DNA of 64,000 nt, taken from positions 1 to 64,000 of IMG/VR virus record IMGVR_UViG_3300020577_008743, one strand, 5' to 3'. Below the pieces are notes generated by a model. The model was not told where the DNA came from. It searched no databases and saw only the letters and a program-made list of their open reading frames with translations. This DNA is from a virus (Duplodnaviria; Caudoviricetes). This document shows positions 1 through 9,266 of this stretch, one piece after another (the stretch's first letter is position 1; each line of letters opens with the position of its first letter). A program made the translations under genes and the position numbers.

Positions 1-125
1 CCACCTGACCAGAAATTCTTTAAAGTAAGCTAAGTGCTTGATTTATATAGATATTTTTGGGACAAAAAGGTTGTCCAGGCCCTGTTTTGCTCCCGCTCTT
101 TATTACTTGGATTAAGATACCGAGT

Positions 126-347
126 ATGAAGATAACTAAAGAGCTGGTTGAGAACCTGGAAATGATCGAAGCTGTACTTGCGCAAAAAAGTAAACAGCTT
201 CAAGAAGCTATTAAGCTTATAGGTAAAGATGAAGATTGCCCCGAGGATATAAAGGAGGCTTTGGAAGAATGCAAGTTGAAGTATTCCAAGCTGGCTTCAG
301 ACCTGGTTATTCTTCGAGCTACCCATGGACTTTTCATTCGTCGTTAG
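126..347 (+). CDS. hypothetical coiled-coil protein
   Basis: ORF track; ATG at 126 preferred over the upstream TTG. Confidence 0.55.
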   Translation: MKITKELVENLEMIEAVLAQKSKQLQEAIKLIGKDEDCPEDIKEALEECKLKYSKLASDLVILRATHGLFIRR

Positions 348-356
348 GTAAAATTG

Positions 357-365
357 TGGTATAAG
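357..365 (+). promoter_or_regulatory. TGGTATAAG extended -10-like promoter motif (also at 5590, 8200, 22536, 31167, 35323, 35551, 43683, 45931, 49667; variants at 33590, 37936, 39310)
   Basis: Ten exact copies seen, on + strand, at gene boundaries just upstream of genes or RNAs; resembles TGnTATAAT. Confidence 0.75.
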
Positions 366-416
366 CTGATGTGATCAAAAGATCACGTACCAAATTTTAC
401 TTACGAGAATAGGTGA

Positions 417-1694
417 ATGACTAAGTTAATAGACCTACCCCTAACCCAACTATACCAACGCCCCTCCATCACTGCCTCCGTTGAAGAGGCCATCCGCTCC
501 AAAGAAGACTTCTCTCGGATTCAGCCTAGCTATTGTCAAGCTGTCTGCAAGTTGAAATGCAAACAGTTCGCTAACACGGAAGGTGTCAGACTTCTGGATC
601 ATCGTCCTGACGTCCTGATCATACAGGACCACAACGCCCTGCCTGATACTAGATACAACAAATCCAGTCATCAGATCGAGGAAGCCAACCTCAAGATTCT
701 CCGAGCGTTGATAAAGCAGTGCTTTCCAGACGGGACCACTTACTACGTTTCCAACTTGCTGAAATGCGGAGTAACCCCCGCCGACATGATAAAAGGAAAA
801 GGCCCTGGAGTTACAGTCCTCTCCAAGTGTGCCCCTTACCTTTTATCCGAGATTGAACGCTGTGCTCCAACCATTATCATTAGTCTGACGACATCCTGTA
901 CCAAAGCCCTGGGATTCACCAAGAAGAGCAATACAAACAATCGTGGTGAGATTCACAGATTGGCAGACGGCACTCCAGTCATCTTTACTTTGCACCCCAA
1001 GCTTACAACCATGATTCGTCAGAATGCTTCTGGCGCAATGTGGGGTCCTGACTATTGGGAAGTTATAAAGCGAGATTTCGTCAAAGCCTCCAAGTTGTTA
1101 TCCGGAGAGCTTGATCCAGGTACTCTTGACGAGGGTATTACTCAAGCCCAAACCAAGATTCAAATCGCAGATACGCTACAAGCCGTTAAAACGGCCGTAG
1201 AACGCATTTTGAGCCTGGGTAAGACCAAGATAGTCAGCTTCGATACTGAAACGACTGGGCTCGATCCTTGGGCTCCTGAAGCCAAGCTGTTAACTATTCA
1301 GTTCGGCTACAAGAACGAACAGGGTGAATACGAAGCAGTCGTCATTCCTTTATGGCACCGAGAGAACAAAGCTTACCGCCCAGAGGAAGCCTGGGCCCTG
1401 CTGTTACCAATACTTGAAAGATCCGACGTCCCAAAAATAGGTCACAACGCCAAATTCGATATACTATACATTTATGCAACTACCGGTTGCAGAGTACAGG
1501 GATTGGTGTATGATACCATGCTCGTTCTACACAACCTCAATTCCGGAGTTCAGGGCTGCTATGGTCTAAAGGCCGCAGTCTGGGATTGGATACCCGAGAG
1601 TAATCTGGGGGGCTATGAAGATAAGCTACCTAGTCTTACAAAGACGAAAAAAGAGGTAAAAGGAGAAGAACAAGGAGAAATGAGTGACGATTAA
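417..1694 (+). CDS. DNA polymerase A N-terminal part: uracil-DNA-glycosylase-like domain plus 3'-5' exonuclease motifs I/II
   Basis: CAPYLLSEIE..TLHP (UDG-like); SFDTETTGLD (ExoI); GHNAKFD (ExoII); SPO1-like architecture. Confidence 0.85.
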   Translation: MTKLIDLPLTQLYQRPSITASVEEAIRSKEDFSRIQPSYCQAVCKLKCKQFANTEGVRLLDHRPDVLIIQDHNALPDTRYNKSSHQIEEANLKILRALIKQCFPDGTTYYVSNLLKCGVTPADMIKGKGPGVTVLSKCAPYLLSEIERCAPTIIISLTTSCTKALGFTKKSNTNNRGEIHRLADGTPVIFTLHPKLTTMIRQNASGAMWGPDYWEVIKRDFVKASKLLSGELDPGTLDEGITQAQTKIQIADTLQAVKTAVERILSLGKTKIVSFDTETTGLDPWAPEAKLLTIQFGYKNEQGEYEAVVIPLWHRENKAYRPEEAWALLLPILERSDVPKIGHNAKFDILYIYATTGCRVQGLVYDTMLVLHNLNSGVQGCYGLKAAVWDWIPESNLGGYEDKLPSLTKTKKEVKGEEQGEMSDD

Positions 1695-2340
1695 ACGGTA
1701 TGATACGTATGAGGACTTTGAGTACAACGATCTTCTTACGTATGCAGGTATAGACTGCCTGGCAACAAGTCGACTTTTAGCCAAGCTGGGACCGCAGATA
1801 TTTGAGAAGCCCAGCTATACAGAAGTCAAGGCAGGAGCGTCTAGTAAAGTAACACTGATGTCTATAAGTGAATCAATGGAACGGTATCTGATGCCGGCTT
1901 TTGAATTCATTTGTGACATGGAAATCAATGGCATTAAATATGACGTTGCTCTCAACCAGCAAGTTGGGAATCGAATGCAGCAAGAAATTGCTACTCTCGA
2001 AGACGATATATTTGCTTCCATTGGAAGAGAACTGGACTTGAACTCCGGCAAGGTAATGGCCGAGTTTCTATACGGTGAAAAAGGCTACGAGCCTCCTGGA
2101 TATACAAAGACAGGGGAACCATCTACGGATGGGGATGCCATGGCTGAACTTGCCAAGAAGTACGAAGGAGACTCTGGCTGGCTTAAGGCAATTGGTAAAC
2201 GTAACGACATTGCCAGCGTATACAGAACATTCGTTAGAGACTATGTTGCCGAACACGTCAAGAGAGATGGAAGAGTACACCCTTCCTACAACCTTAACGG
2301 GACTAGCTCTTTTCGTATAACCGGGGATAAACCTAACCTT
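1684..2340 (+). CDS. polA: DNA polymerase A C-terminal gene, exon 1
   Basis: YAGID (ExoIII), MEINGIKYD, DGRVHPSYN..TSSFRITGDKPNL; GTG start after AAGGAG. Confidence 0.85.
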
Positions 2341-2993
2341 AAAGTTTGAGGCTTTACTAAGAAATTAGTATTGACAAACGGTGCGAATTGCTGGAAACTC
2401 TGACCGAGTAATGTCGAAGACAATCAGCAGCCATTTAAAATGAAACTTTGTAAGAATTGTAACCAACATCCGATAAAATACCGCACAGCTAAGTATTGTG
2501 TGGAATGTTCTATTTCAGTTAGAAAAGCTAATGCTAGAAATAGAACTATGAAATACATGTTAAAAAACAACATGATTCAGAACCCAGGAGTTGGGACAGG
2601 GAAAGCCAATACTAAAGGTGTAGAAGATTCTAACTACACTAATGGTCGGAGCTTTTTCATGAAGATACGAGAACAAATTCTCAATGATAGAAAAAGTTGC
2701 AACAGATGTAACAGGTTGCTTCTTCCTAAGAGAAAAGGTCAGTGGTGTGTACACCACATAGATCACGACAGAACTAATAATGTCATTGAAAATTTCGAGC
2801 TTTTGTGTATCACCTGTCATAATAAAGAACACAAAGTAGTCAACCATTTCAAGTGGTTCAGAGACTATCCTATTATAGGAGTAGGCGCCAAGGGGCGTCG
2901 AAGCACACCGGGTCCTGAAAAGGATCATGATATAGTCCGACCTGTTGAGAAATCAACAGAGAGCTAAATACCGATTAGTTCGCAACACAAGTG
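2341..2993 (+). mobile_element. group I intron 1 in polA
   Basis: Exon ends in U (AACCTT), pairing with GAGG in P1; core elements AATTGCTGGAAACTC, AATCAGCAGCC, GTTCAGAGACTA, GATATAGTCC; ends in G2993; splicing restores PNL|TQLPRP. Confidence 0.9.
2440..2967 (+). CDS. intron-encoded HNH homing endonuclease
   Basis: CNRC..VHHIDHDRTNNVIENFELLCITCHNKEH; N-terminal CxxC pairs. Confidence 0.88.
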   Translation: MKLCKNCNQHPIKYRTAKYCVECSISVRKANARNRTMKYMLKNNMIQNPGVGTGKANTKGVEDSNYTNGRSFFMKIREQILNDRKSCNRCNRLLLPKRKGQWCVHHIDHDRTNNVIENFELLCITCHNKEHKVVNHFKWFRDYPIIGVGAKGRRSTPGPEKDHDIVRPVEKSTES

Positions 2994-3289
2994 ACACAAC
3001 TACCCCGTCCAAAACATGGATACAACGTTCGTGAGTTTTTTACCGTCGACCAAGGCAACCTGTTTATAGCCTTCGACTTTAGTAGTGCAGAAGTAAAAGT
3101 ATTAGGAGCGTTATGTCGAGACCCTGCTTTGTTGAGGGCTATCCATGAAGGAAGAGATTTCCATAGCTTTTCAGCAGCGAACATGTATGGTATTCCATAC
3201 GACGAATTTGTACACGTGTTAGAAGATGACTCCTCTCCATTGAAGAAGAAGTACAAGGAGATGAGACAAAATGCAAAAGCACTTACCTT
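2994..3289 (+). CDS. polA: DNA polymerase A exon 2 (motif A)
   Basis: FIAFDFSSAEVKVL, DFH, RQNAKALT. Confidence 0.88.
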
Positions 3290-3547
3290 AAACTAACCTG
3301 AGGCTACATCAAGGAATTGATGATAGAAAACAACGAGAATTCGGTGGAACTCTAAGGCAGAGATGCTATGACAATACCGAGCCGAGCTGAGTGATAATCA
3401 CTTGGAAGGTGTAACGACTATCCCTGCGGGGAGTAGGACTCAAGAGAGTTCGAAGCACGTTGAGCCCAGTTCGGGCTGTGATATAGTCTGTACTTTCGAG
3501 AAATCGAAAGAGACCTAGTGGAATCGATTAGATCGTAACATGAATAG
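3290..3547 (+). mobile_element. group I intron 2 in polA (no ORF)
   Basis: ACCTT|AAA with GAGG P1; GAATTCGGTGGAACTC, AATACCGAGCC, GTAACGACTA, GATATAGTCT; ends in G3547; splicing restores motif B KALT-F-GILYG. Confidence 0.9.
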
Positions 3548-4121
3548 TGGAATTTTGTATGGTTCTTCTCCGGCCGGCGTAGCCATGAACATGGGCGTAA
3601 CCCTGGAAAAAGCACAAGAACTGATTCGTATGTACTTCGATTTGTATCCTAAAATCGAAGAGTTTGTGGCAGATTCTCATCGTATGGCGGAGTTGAACCA
3701 CATGGTTGTAACCCCATTTGGTCAAAGAAAGCACCAGTTTGGAGCACGTCCTGAATACAAATACACCGCAGTTTATAACGCTGCCAAACGTAATTCACAG
3801 AACGTCAGAATCCAAAGCCCTACCTCAACCCTGGGTCTGGTCTGCTTTACCGAACTTAACAAGCGTATCAAGAAACTCGGAGGGAAAAGCCTTTGCACAG
3901 TCTATGACTCAGTAGAATTGGAAATCCCCATAGCCAGGGCAGCAGAGGCTATCGAAACCGCTTTTTACTGCATGAACGATTACCCACAAGAGACATTCGA
4001 TTGGCTTGATTTCCCTATTGGAGTTGAAGGGGAAATAGGTTATAATTGGGGGGATGTCTCAACGGTTCATCGCGGTGTTACCCAAGAGCAAATAGAACAG
4101 AAGATAGGATTAAACGAATGA
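3548..4121 (+). CDS. polA: DNA polymerase A exon 3 (motifs B/C)
   Basis: GILYG, RNSQNVRIQS, TVYDSVELE. Confidence 0.88.
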
Positions 4122-4312
4122 TTTTCACCGTTCTCATGACGGAGATAGAAGAAAGGTTGGTAGAGGTTGAAGTAGAAGCACCCTCTGTGGAGATTGCAAA
4201 GCAGAGGGCGGTAGACGCTTACATGGAGTCAATAGACTGCGGGACCATACGTAGTTCCACAAGCTCCATTCCGTTAGACTCAATCATTGTGAAGGCAGTA
4301 GACGAGGTATGA
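4118..4312 (+). CDS. hypothetical protein
   Basis: ATGA overlap with polA stop. Confidence 0.5.
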   Translation: MIFTVLMTEIEERLVEVEVEAPSVEIAKQRAVDAYMESIDCGTIRSSTSSIPLDSIIVKAVDEV

Positions 4313-4707
4313 AAACCCTGTACGAAATAGTAGAAGAGTCCGTTTTCCTTGATGCCGAACTGGAAGATGACCTCAGCGTTGTCGAAGAGGTATTGGAAGA
4401 AGTCGTCGCTGAAGCTGTGGTTGAACAGACTCCCCCTCAGCCAGACCTTTCCGGCAGTTCCAGACGTCGTCCCGACCAATGGATTAAGACAAGAGATTGC
4501 TGGTGCAACGAGTGCCGGTTTCATTCTCAGACTGAGCCGGGGTGGGAGGAATGCCCCGGCAAGCATGTAGTCGGAGCTAAACGTATCTCTCTATGGGCTA
4601 CTAATCCCGAGTACATTCGGGGTCTTACTGATGATGATCTAAGGGTTCAGGCCAAAGAAGCTAACATCTCGGCAAACATCATGCCTATCAGCCCCGAAGA
4701 CCAATAA
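4309..4707 (+). CDS. hypothetical acidic protein with CxCxxC motif
   Basis: ORF track; GAGG RBS; overlapping start. Confidence 0.55.
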   Translation: MKTLYEIVEESVFLDAELEDDLSVVEEVLEEVVAEAVVEQTPPQPDLSGSSRRRPDQWIKTRDCWCNECRFHSQTEPGWEECPGKHVVGAKRISLWATNPEYIRGLTDDDLRVQAKEANISANIMPISPEDQ

Positions 4708-4718
4708 CGATAATTATC

Positions 4719-5258
4719 ATGACAGACCGTACCTACCACTTGGGAATAGATCCTGGCGTCAGAAATCTGGCTATATCTCTGATCGATGATTCCGGCAAAT
4801 TCATTTCTGGAGACGTCTTTGATGCTAGACCCCCAGAAACAGACATTCGCGACTCCATAGATGCCGTAACTTCCTTTATTCTTCAGGTAACCGGCAGTGG
4901 GAGCAAGATCATCTCAAGTGTAGGTATAGAGCGTTATGTCCCGTATGCAGGAACCTACACCAACAATGCTGAAGAGATACTCATGCTTACGGGAGCTATC
5001 GTTTATGTTTGCCAGCGTCACGTCAATCTGATTCGTCCTCCTGAAATCAGGCTGTTTCGTGCCATAGACTGGAAACCTTCTTTGTGCAAGACTTTGGTGA
5101 GAACCAAGGGTTTCAGTAACCCTTCAACTTCATTTGACAAGAAATACAGCAAAGCAGCTGCTGAAGCAATAACAGGAACACCTTTCAAAAATGATCACTT
5201 GGCTGATTCAACGTGTCTCGCGTTTCATGCATGGACCAAAATCCAAACCACAAACTGA
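4719..5258 (+). CDS. RuvC-like Holliday junction resolvase
   Basis: LGIDPG, GIERY, DHLADS RNase H-fold motifs. Confidence 0.8.
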   Translation: MTDRTYHLGIDPGVRNLAISLIDDSGKFISGDVFDARPPETDIRDSIDAVTSFILQVTGSGSKIISSVGIERYVPYAGTYTNNAEEILMLTGAIVYVCQRHVNLIRPPEIRLFRAIDWKPSLCKTLVRTKGFSNPSTSFDKKYSKAAAEAITGTPFKNDHLADSTCLAFHAWTKIQTTN

Positions 5259-5538
5259 TAGCAATACACACATATCCCATACCGGATCCAATATTTCCAT
5301 CGAAGGCCCCACCGACCCAAGCGTGGTTGATGGAGAGAGTTTCGTTGAAATTCCCCCGGCTGACCCTGTATCCGATATGCTCGATGAGTATGAAAGATGG
5401 ATTGCTAAGTCTTGTTTCAACTATACCACGGATACTATGGTGACGGGTCCGGATGACCCTCTGTTGAAACTGATTTTGGCGGAATTTCCAGAAACTCTGG
5501 TGGTACCTACGGTTCGTACACGAGCCTACGTCAGATAA
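5191..5538 (+). CDS. hypothetical protein
   Basis: ORF track. Confidence 0.45.
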   Translation: MITWLIQRVSRFMHGPKSKPQTDSNTHISHTGSNISIEGPTDPSVVDGESFVEIPPADPVSDMLDEYERWIAKSCFNYTTDTMVTGPDDPLLKLILAEFPETLVVPTVRTRAYVR

Positions 5539-5549
5539 TCTGACTAAAG

Positions 5550-5577
5550 AATAGCCGACTTCGGCCGGTTATTTTTT
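5550..5577 (+). terminator. intrinsic terminator
   Basis: AATAGCCG..CGGTTATT hairpin followed by T-run. Confidence 0.65.
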
Positions 5578-5646
5578 AGCCTCCGAGTGTGGTATAAGGA
5601 AAATGTAGTAGGAGTTTCTTTACCACAACCCACCCGAAGGAACATC

Positions 5647-6480
5647 ATGTCCCACACCCGCATTGACCTGGTGATCATCGATCCCCAGAACGATTTCATC
5701 GACGCTCCTGGTAAGCCCGGGTCCCTGGCCGTTCCCGGTGCCTACGACGATATGGGCCGGCTGGCGAAGTTCATCAGCCGTATGGGCAACCGGCTGTACG
5801 ACATTCACGTGACCATGGACACTCACAACGTCCTGGACGTGGCCCATCCCCGTGCCTTCATCAACGCCTCGACCGGAAACAACCCGACGCCGTTCACCAT
5901 GATCGACCCTGCTGACATCGGCAAGGTCTGGCTGGGCCTGACCAACGAGATGACCCGCCGGTTTCACGATTACTCGGAGCAGCTCAAGTCCAGGGCTCGC
6001 TACCCGCACATCATCTGGCCCGAACACTGTCTGAAGGGCAGCTGGGGCCACAACATCGACGAGCGTGTTCTCGAGGAACTGCAACGCTGGGAAGTGTCGG
6101 CCATCGGTCAGTTCGACGTGATCACCAAGGGCACCAATCCCTGGACCGAACACTACTCCGCAGTCCAGGCCGAGATCCCCGATCCGCAAGACCCCAGTAC
6201 GCAAGTGAACGTTGACTTCGTTCGCCTGCTGCAGGAATCCGACATCGTCGTCCTCTGCGGGGAGGCCCTGTCTCACTGTCTGGCCAACACCGGCCGGGAC
6301 TTGCACGGGCAGTTCAACAGCCTGTTCAACCCCACCGGCACCGGCAAACGGGCTGAGTTGGTTCTGCTTCGCGACTGCACCTCCAACGTCCCAACTTTCG
6401 AGAAGCTCGGCGACGACTTCATCAAGGACTTTCAGTCCTGGGGCGGCAAGGTCATGAACTCGACGGACTTCGGCACCTGA
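5647..6480 (+). CDS. nicotinamidase/isochorismatase-family cysteine hydrolase
   Basis: IIDPQNDF, TMDTH, WPEHC, KG..EHYS, GEALSHC. Confidence 0.85.
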   Translation: MSHTRIDLVIIDPQNDFIDAPGKPGSLAVPGAYDDMGRLAKFISRMGNRLYDIHVTMDTHNVLDVAHPRAFINASTGNNPTPFTMIDPADIGKVWLGLTNEMTRRFHDYSEQLKSRARYPHIIWPEHCLKGSWGHNIDERVLEELQRWEVSAIGQFDVITKGTNPWTEHYSAVQAEIPDPQDPSTQVNVDFVRLLQESDIVVLCGEALSHCLANTGRDLHGQFNSLFNPTGTGKRAELVLLRDCTSNVPTFEKLGDDFIKDFQSWGGKVMNSTDFGT

Positions 6481-6485
6481 CGGAC

Positions 6486-6695
6486 ATGAACCTGTTTCAA
6501 ATAGTCGCAGCCCTGAAAAATGCATCGGTTGATCTTGAACCGGTAAGCAGGCAAGTGGTGGGGGCAAATGCCATTTGCAAGGGCTGTGGTCACGCTCAAA
6601 TCAAGGAAACGGAAGGGGGATGGTGCTACATGTTCAAAGATCCCCCTTCAGGCACCTGCACTCAACACACGAAGTTCAACCTGCGAAGGAAATGA
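6486..6695 (+). CDS. small Cys-rich hypothetical protein
   Basis: CKGC..CYMF..C; fills the gap between neighbours. Confidence 0.5.
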   Translation: MNLFQIVAALKNASVDLEPVSRQVVGANAICKGCGHAQIKETEGGWCYMFKDPPSGTCTQHTKFNLRRK

Positions 6696-6696
6696 C

Positions 6697-7428
6697 ATGC
6701 GCTTCGGCATGAACGACAACGACACCCAGACCCATACCGGCCCGAGCAACTTCCAGTACACCGGGGTTCGCTTCGAACGACTGAAGAACGCCGGCTACAC
6801 CCTGGTCTGCATTCTGGTCGACACGACTGGCTCCACCATGGGCTACGTGAACGACTTCCACAAGCTGATCCTCAAGGTCATCGGCGCCTGCCGGGCGCAC
6901 CCCATGAAGGAGTCCCTGCTCATTCGCGTCTGCGAATTCAACTCGAGCATCGGAGTGAAGGAGATCCACGGCTTCATCCCCGTGATCAACACGAAGGACT
7001 CCGACTACCCCTCCCTGGTGGCTCAGGGCGCAACGCCTCTGTACGACGCCATGTACTCGGCCGTCGGCAGTGTCGATGACTATGCCCGACAGCTGACGGA
7101 CAAGGAGTACAACGTGAATGGCGTGGCCTTCACCATCACGGACGGCGGCAACACTCACTCGGCCGTCGGGCTGAGAGATGTCAAGACGCTGATGGAGGGC
7201 GCAGTCTCCGGAGAACATCTGGAGTCCTTCCGCCACATCCTGATCGCCGCTGGTGCCGAGGTGTCTCATCTGGCCTCCGATGCCAAACTGGCCGGCGCCG
7301 AGTACGTTCCCATCGGTTCTGCCGACGAGAAGAACCTGGCCAAGCTGGCTGACTTCATCAGTGGCAGCATCAGCGCAACCAGCCAGTCCCTGGGAACCGG
7401 CGGGCCCAGTCAACCGCTGACGTTCTAA
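6697..7428 (+). CDS. vWA domain protein (TerY-like)
   Basis: MIDAS-like DTTGST, GATPLYDA, TITDG. Confidence 0.8.
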   Translation: MRFGMNDNDTQTHTGPSNFQYTGVRFERLKNAGYTLVCILVDTTGSTMGYVNDFHKLILKVIGACRAHPMKESLLIRVCEFNSSIGVKEIHGFIPVINTKDSDYPSLVAQGATPLYDAMYSAVGSVDDYARQLTDKEYNVNGVAFTITDGGNTHSAVGLRDVKTLMEGAVSGEHLESFRHILIAAGAEVSHLASDAKLAGAEYVPIGSADEKNLAKLADFISGSISATSQSLGTGGPSQPLTF

Positions 7429-7435
7429 CGAACTC

Positions 7436-7640
7436 GGCTCCGTAGCTCAAATGACAGAGCTTCTTCATCGCAAACCGTACGGAGAATAGGGCAGTAATGG
7501 GGTGGAGTGACTCATCCATCCCCGTGAAGTCCCGGTTAGTCACCGGGCCTAACAGGAATCCGAACGTACGAGAGGCTTTGTGACGGCGTGGGGTAGCTGC
7601 CACGTCAGAGATGGGGGTTTGAATCCTTCCGGAGCCACCA
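7436..7640 (+). ncRNA. 205-nt RNA with tRNA acceptor, D and T arms and a large structured insert replacing the anticodon arm
   Basis: GGCTCCG/CGGAGCC-A-CCA; GCTC/GAGC D stem; GGGGG-TTTGAAT-CCTTC T arm; internal hairpins. Confidence 0.75.
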
Positions 7641-7643
7641 AAA

Positions 7644-7963
7644 TTCGAGAGCAAGGTTAGGATGTTGGAGCAACGTCTCCATCATTTAAAGAGTAGGTAG
7701 AAGTGGGACTTAGTCGTAACACGGAGGAATCTTCCAAGCGCCCATAAAAAGGTCTTGATACCCTCTGTCCTCTCACAAACAGAGAGTTGGCTAGGTGGTT
7801 ACACTGGAGCTAGGCGTCCTTAGGAGGCCTCAGTTGTCCCCCGAAGAACACGAAAAGGCTTGTGTTGTTGTACGGCCGTAGCTAGGTCAAGGTCCGACAA
7901 CTAAGTAACCCTTTTGGCCAAAACCCTTGCGGGGCAGTGGCACACTATCCTTGACTCGAACCA
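7644..7963 (+). ncRNA. putative ~320-nt end-paired structured RNA
   Basis: TTCGAG..CAAGG.TAG pairs with CTA.CCTTG.CTCGAA followed by CCA; no + strand ORF. Confidence 0.5.
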
Positions 7964-7966
7964 TAC

Positions 7967-8188
7967 ATGAACTACTACGAACCAATTCAAATTAATGGAG
8001 GCGTACTGTGGCGGCGTAGGTCCACGGAAGACGAGATTACTCTGTTGGAACTTCCCCCGGACCTGTACCGAGACTTGAGGGATTTGGCCGAAGCCAGAGG
8101 CATGTCTACGGAAGCCTTCATAGAATACGCCCTGGAGGTTGCGATTTTGGTTAGAGGGCACGGCCTAACAGAACCGCCGAAGTATTAG
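7967..8188 (+). CDS. small ribbon-helix-helix-like DNA-binding protein
   Basis: LELPPDLYRDLRDLAEARGMSTEAFIEYAL pattern. Confidence 0.5.
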   Translation: MNYYEPIQINGGVLWRRRSTEDEITLLELPPDLYRDLRDLAEARGMSTEAFIEYALEVAILVRGHGLTEPPKY

Positions 8189-8200
8189 CGGTTCTTTTTT
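8171..8200 (+). terminator. intrinsic terminator
   Basis: GAACCGC/GCGGTTC hairpin plus T-run, abutting a promoter motif. Confidence 0.7.
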
Positions 8201-8234
8201 GGTATAAGACAAAGTATCCAACTAGGAGTCATTC

Positions 8235-9266
8235 ATGAAAGTCAGAAACCAGTATATAGCCATTCCCCTAAACGACAACACCGATCTGTGCGTTTCTGTC
8301 GATTCCTACGTCGCCCGGGGCAAACGGCATGAACGTGATCACACCGTTTGTCAGGACTACGCTGCTACCGGGGTGATAAGCGATGGCTGTCCTACACTGG
8401 TTGTTGCGGATGGTTGTAGCGCCAGTCTCGGTTCCGAACTCGGTGCCATGCTGAACTGCCACATGTGGATGACTTTTGCAAGCACTCACCGTATGCGCTA
8501 TCCTGACATGACAAAATGGGCGTCGATCTGGAAGTTCAACTACATTCGTAGCGTCGAAGACTACCGCAGTGGCGGCTTGATGGACGACGGAGAAGGAAGC
8601 ATTTTCGATGCCACCATGCTGTCCGCCATGTTCATCCCCTCCATGAACTCTGTCATTCTCACAGTTCAGGGAGACGGGGCCTGGCTGGCTGTCTACGAAA
8701 AATCGAACGGAGAATTGGTTTACTGTTTCGACTACCTGACGTGGAAAACCGGCATGCCTCCGTATCCGTCCTACGCCCTGGACAATGATCGAATGACGGC
8801 TTACTGGACTCACAGTCAGAAGCTTCTCAGCGGCAGAGCGGAAGGGGTGTGGACTGCTTCGGAAACGGAAGGATTTCTGAAGGTTACTTCTTCGGTGGCT
8901 CTAAGCGATGTCCTTCCCGTTGGCGCCCTTACGGACAACTTCGGTCTGGTCATTGAACTCCCCCGTCTTCGTGATGAACCCGACGGCCAGTGGAAGTTGA
9001 AGACATTTTCCGTGTTCACTGACGGAGTGCTGGATATTCGTCATGAAAACGAACTTCCTCTATACATCAACTATCCTGCAGGCTTGGTGAAGGACCTGAC
9101 TGACTACAAGTCCACCGCCGGGGATTTCCAGTTTCGCCGTTGCCGAGCCTTTTTCAAAGGACTGGCGGTGGACGGGGTTTTCCCTGAAGATGACTTTTCT
9201 GTAGCAACAATGCTGTTTGAAGAACGGAGGCTGCCGGATGGCGACGATAACAGTGGTAATGCATGA
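8235..9266 (+). CDS. PP2C-like protein phosphatase (TerY-P type)
   Basis: G.RH....CQD, VVADGCS, FTDGV, EDDFS. Confidence 0.8.
   Translation: MKVRNQYIAIPLNDNTDLCVSVDSYVARGKRHERDHTVCQDYAATGVISDGCPTLVVADGCSASLGSELGAMLNCHMWMTFASTHRMRYPDMTKWASIWKFNYIRSVEDYRSGGLMDDGEGSIFDATMLSAMFIPSMNSVILTVQGDGAWLAVYEKSNGELVYCFDYLTWKTGMPPYPSYALDNDRMTAYWTHSQKLLSGRAEGVWTASETEGFLKVTSSVALSDVLPVGALTDNFGLVIELPRLRDEPDGQWKLKTFSVFTDGVLDIRHENELPLYINYPAGLVKDLTDYKSTAGDFQFRRCRAFFKGLAVDGVFPEDDFSVATMLFEERRLPDGDDNSGNA

Noticed and set aside
7720-7870. RNase P RNA (GAGGAA..., ..GGCTT)
   Set aside because: The P4 strands do not pair convincingly and the CR-V-like motif is misplaced; a cmscan would settle it
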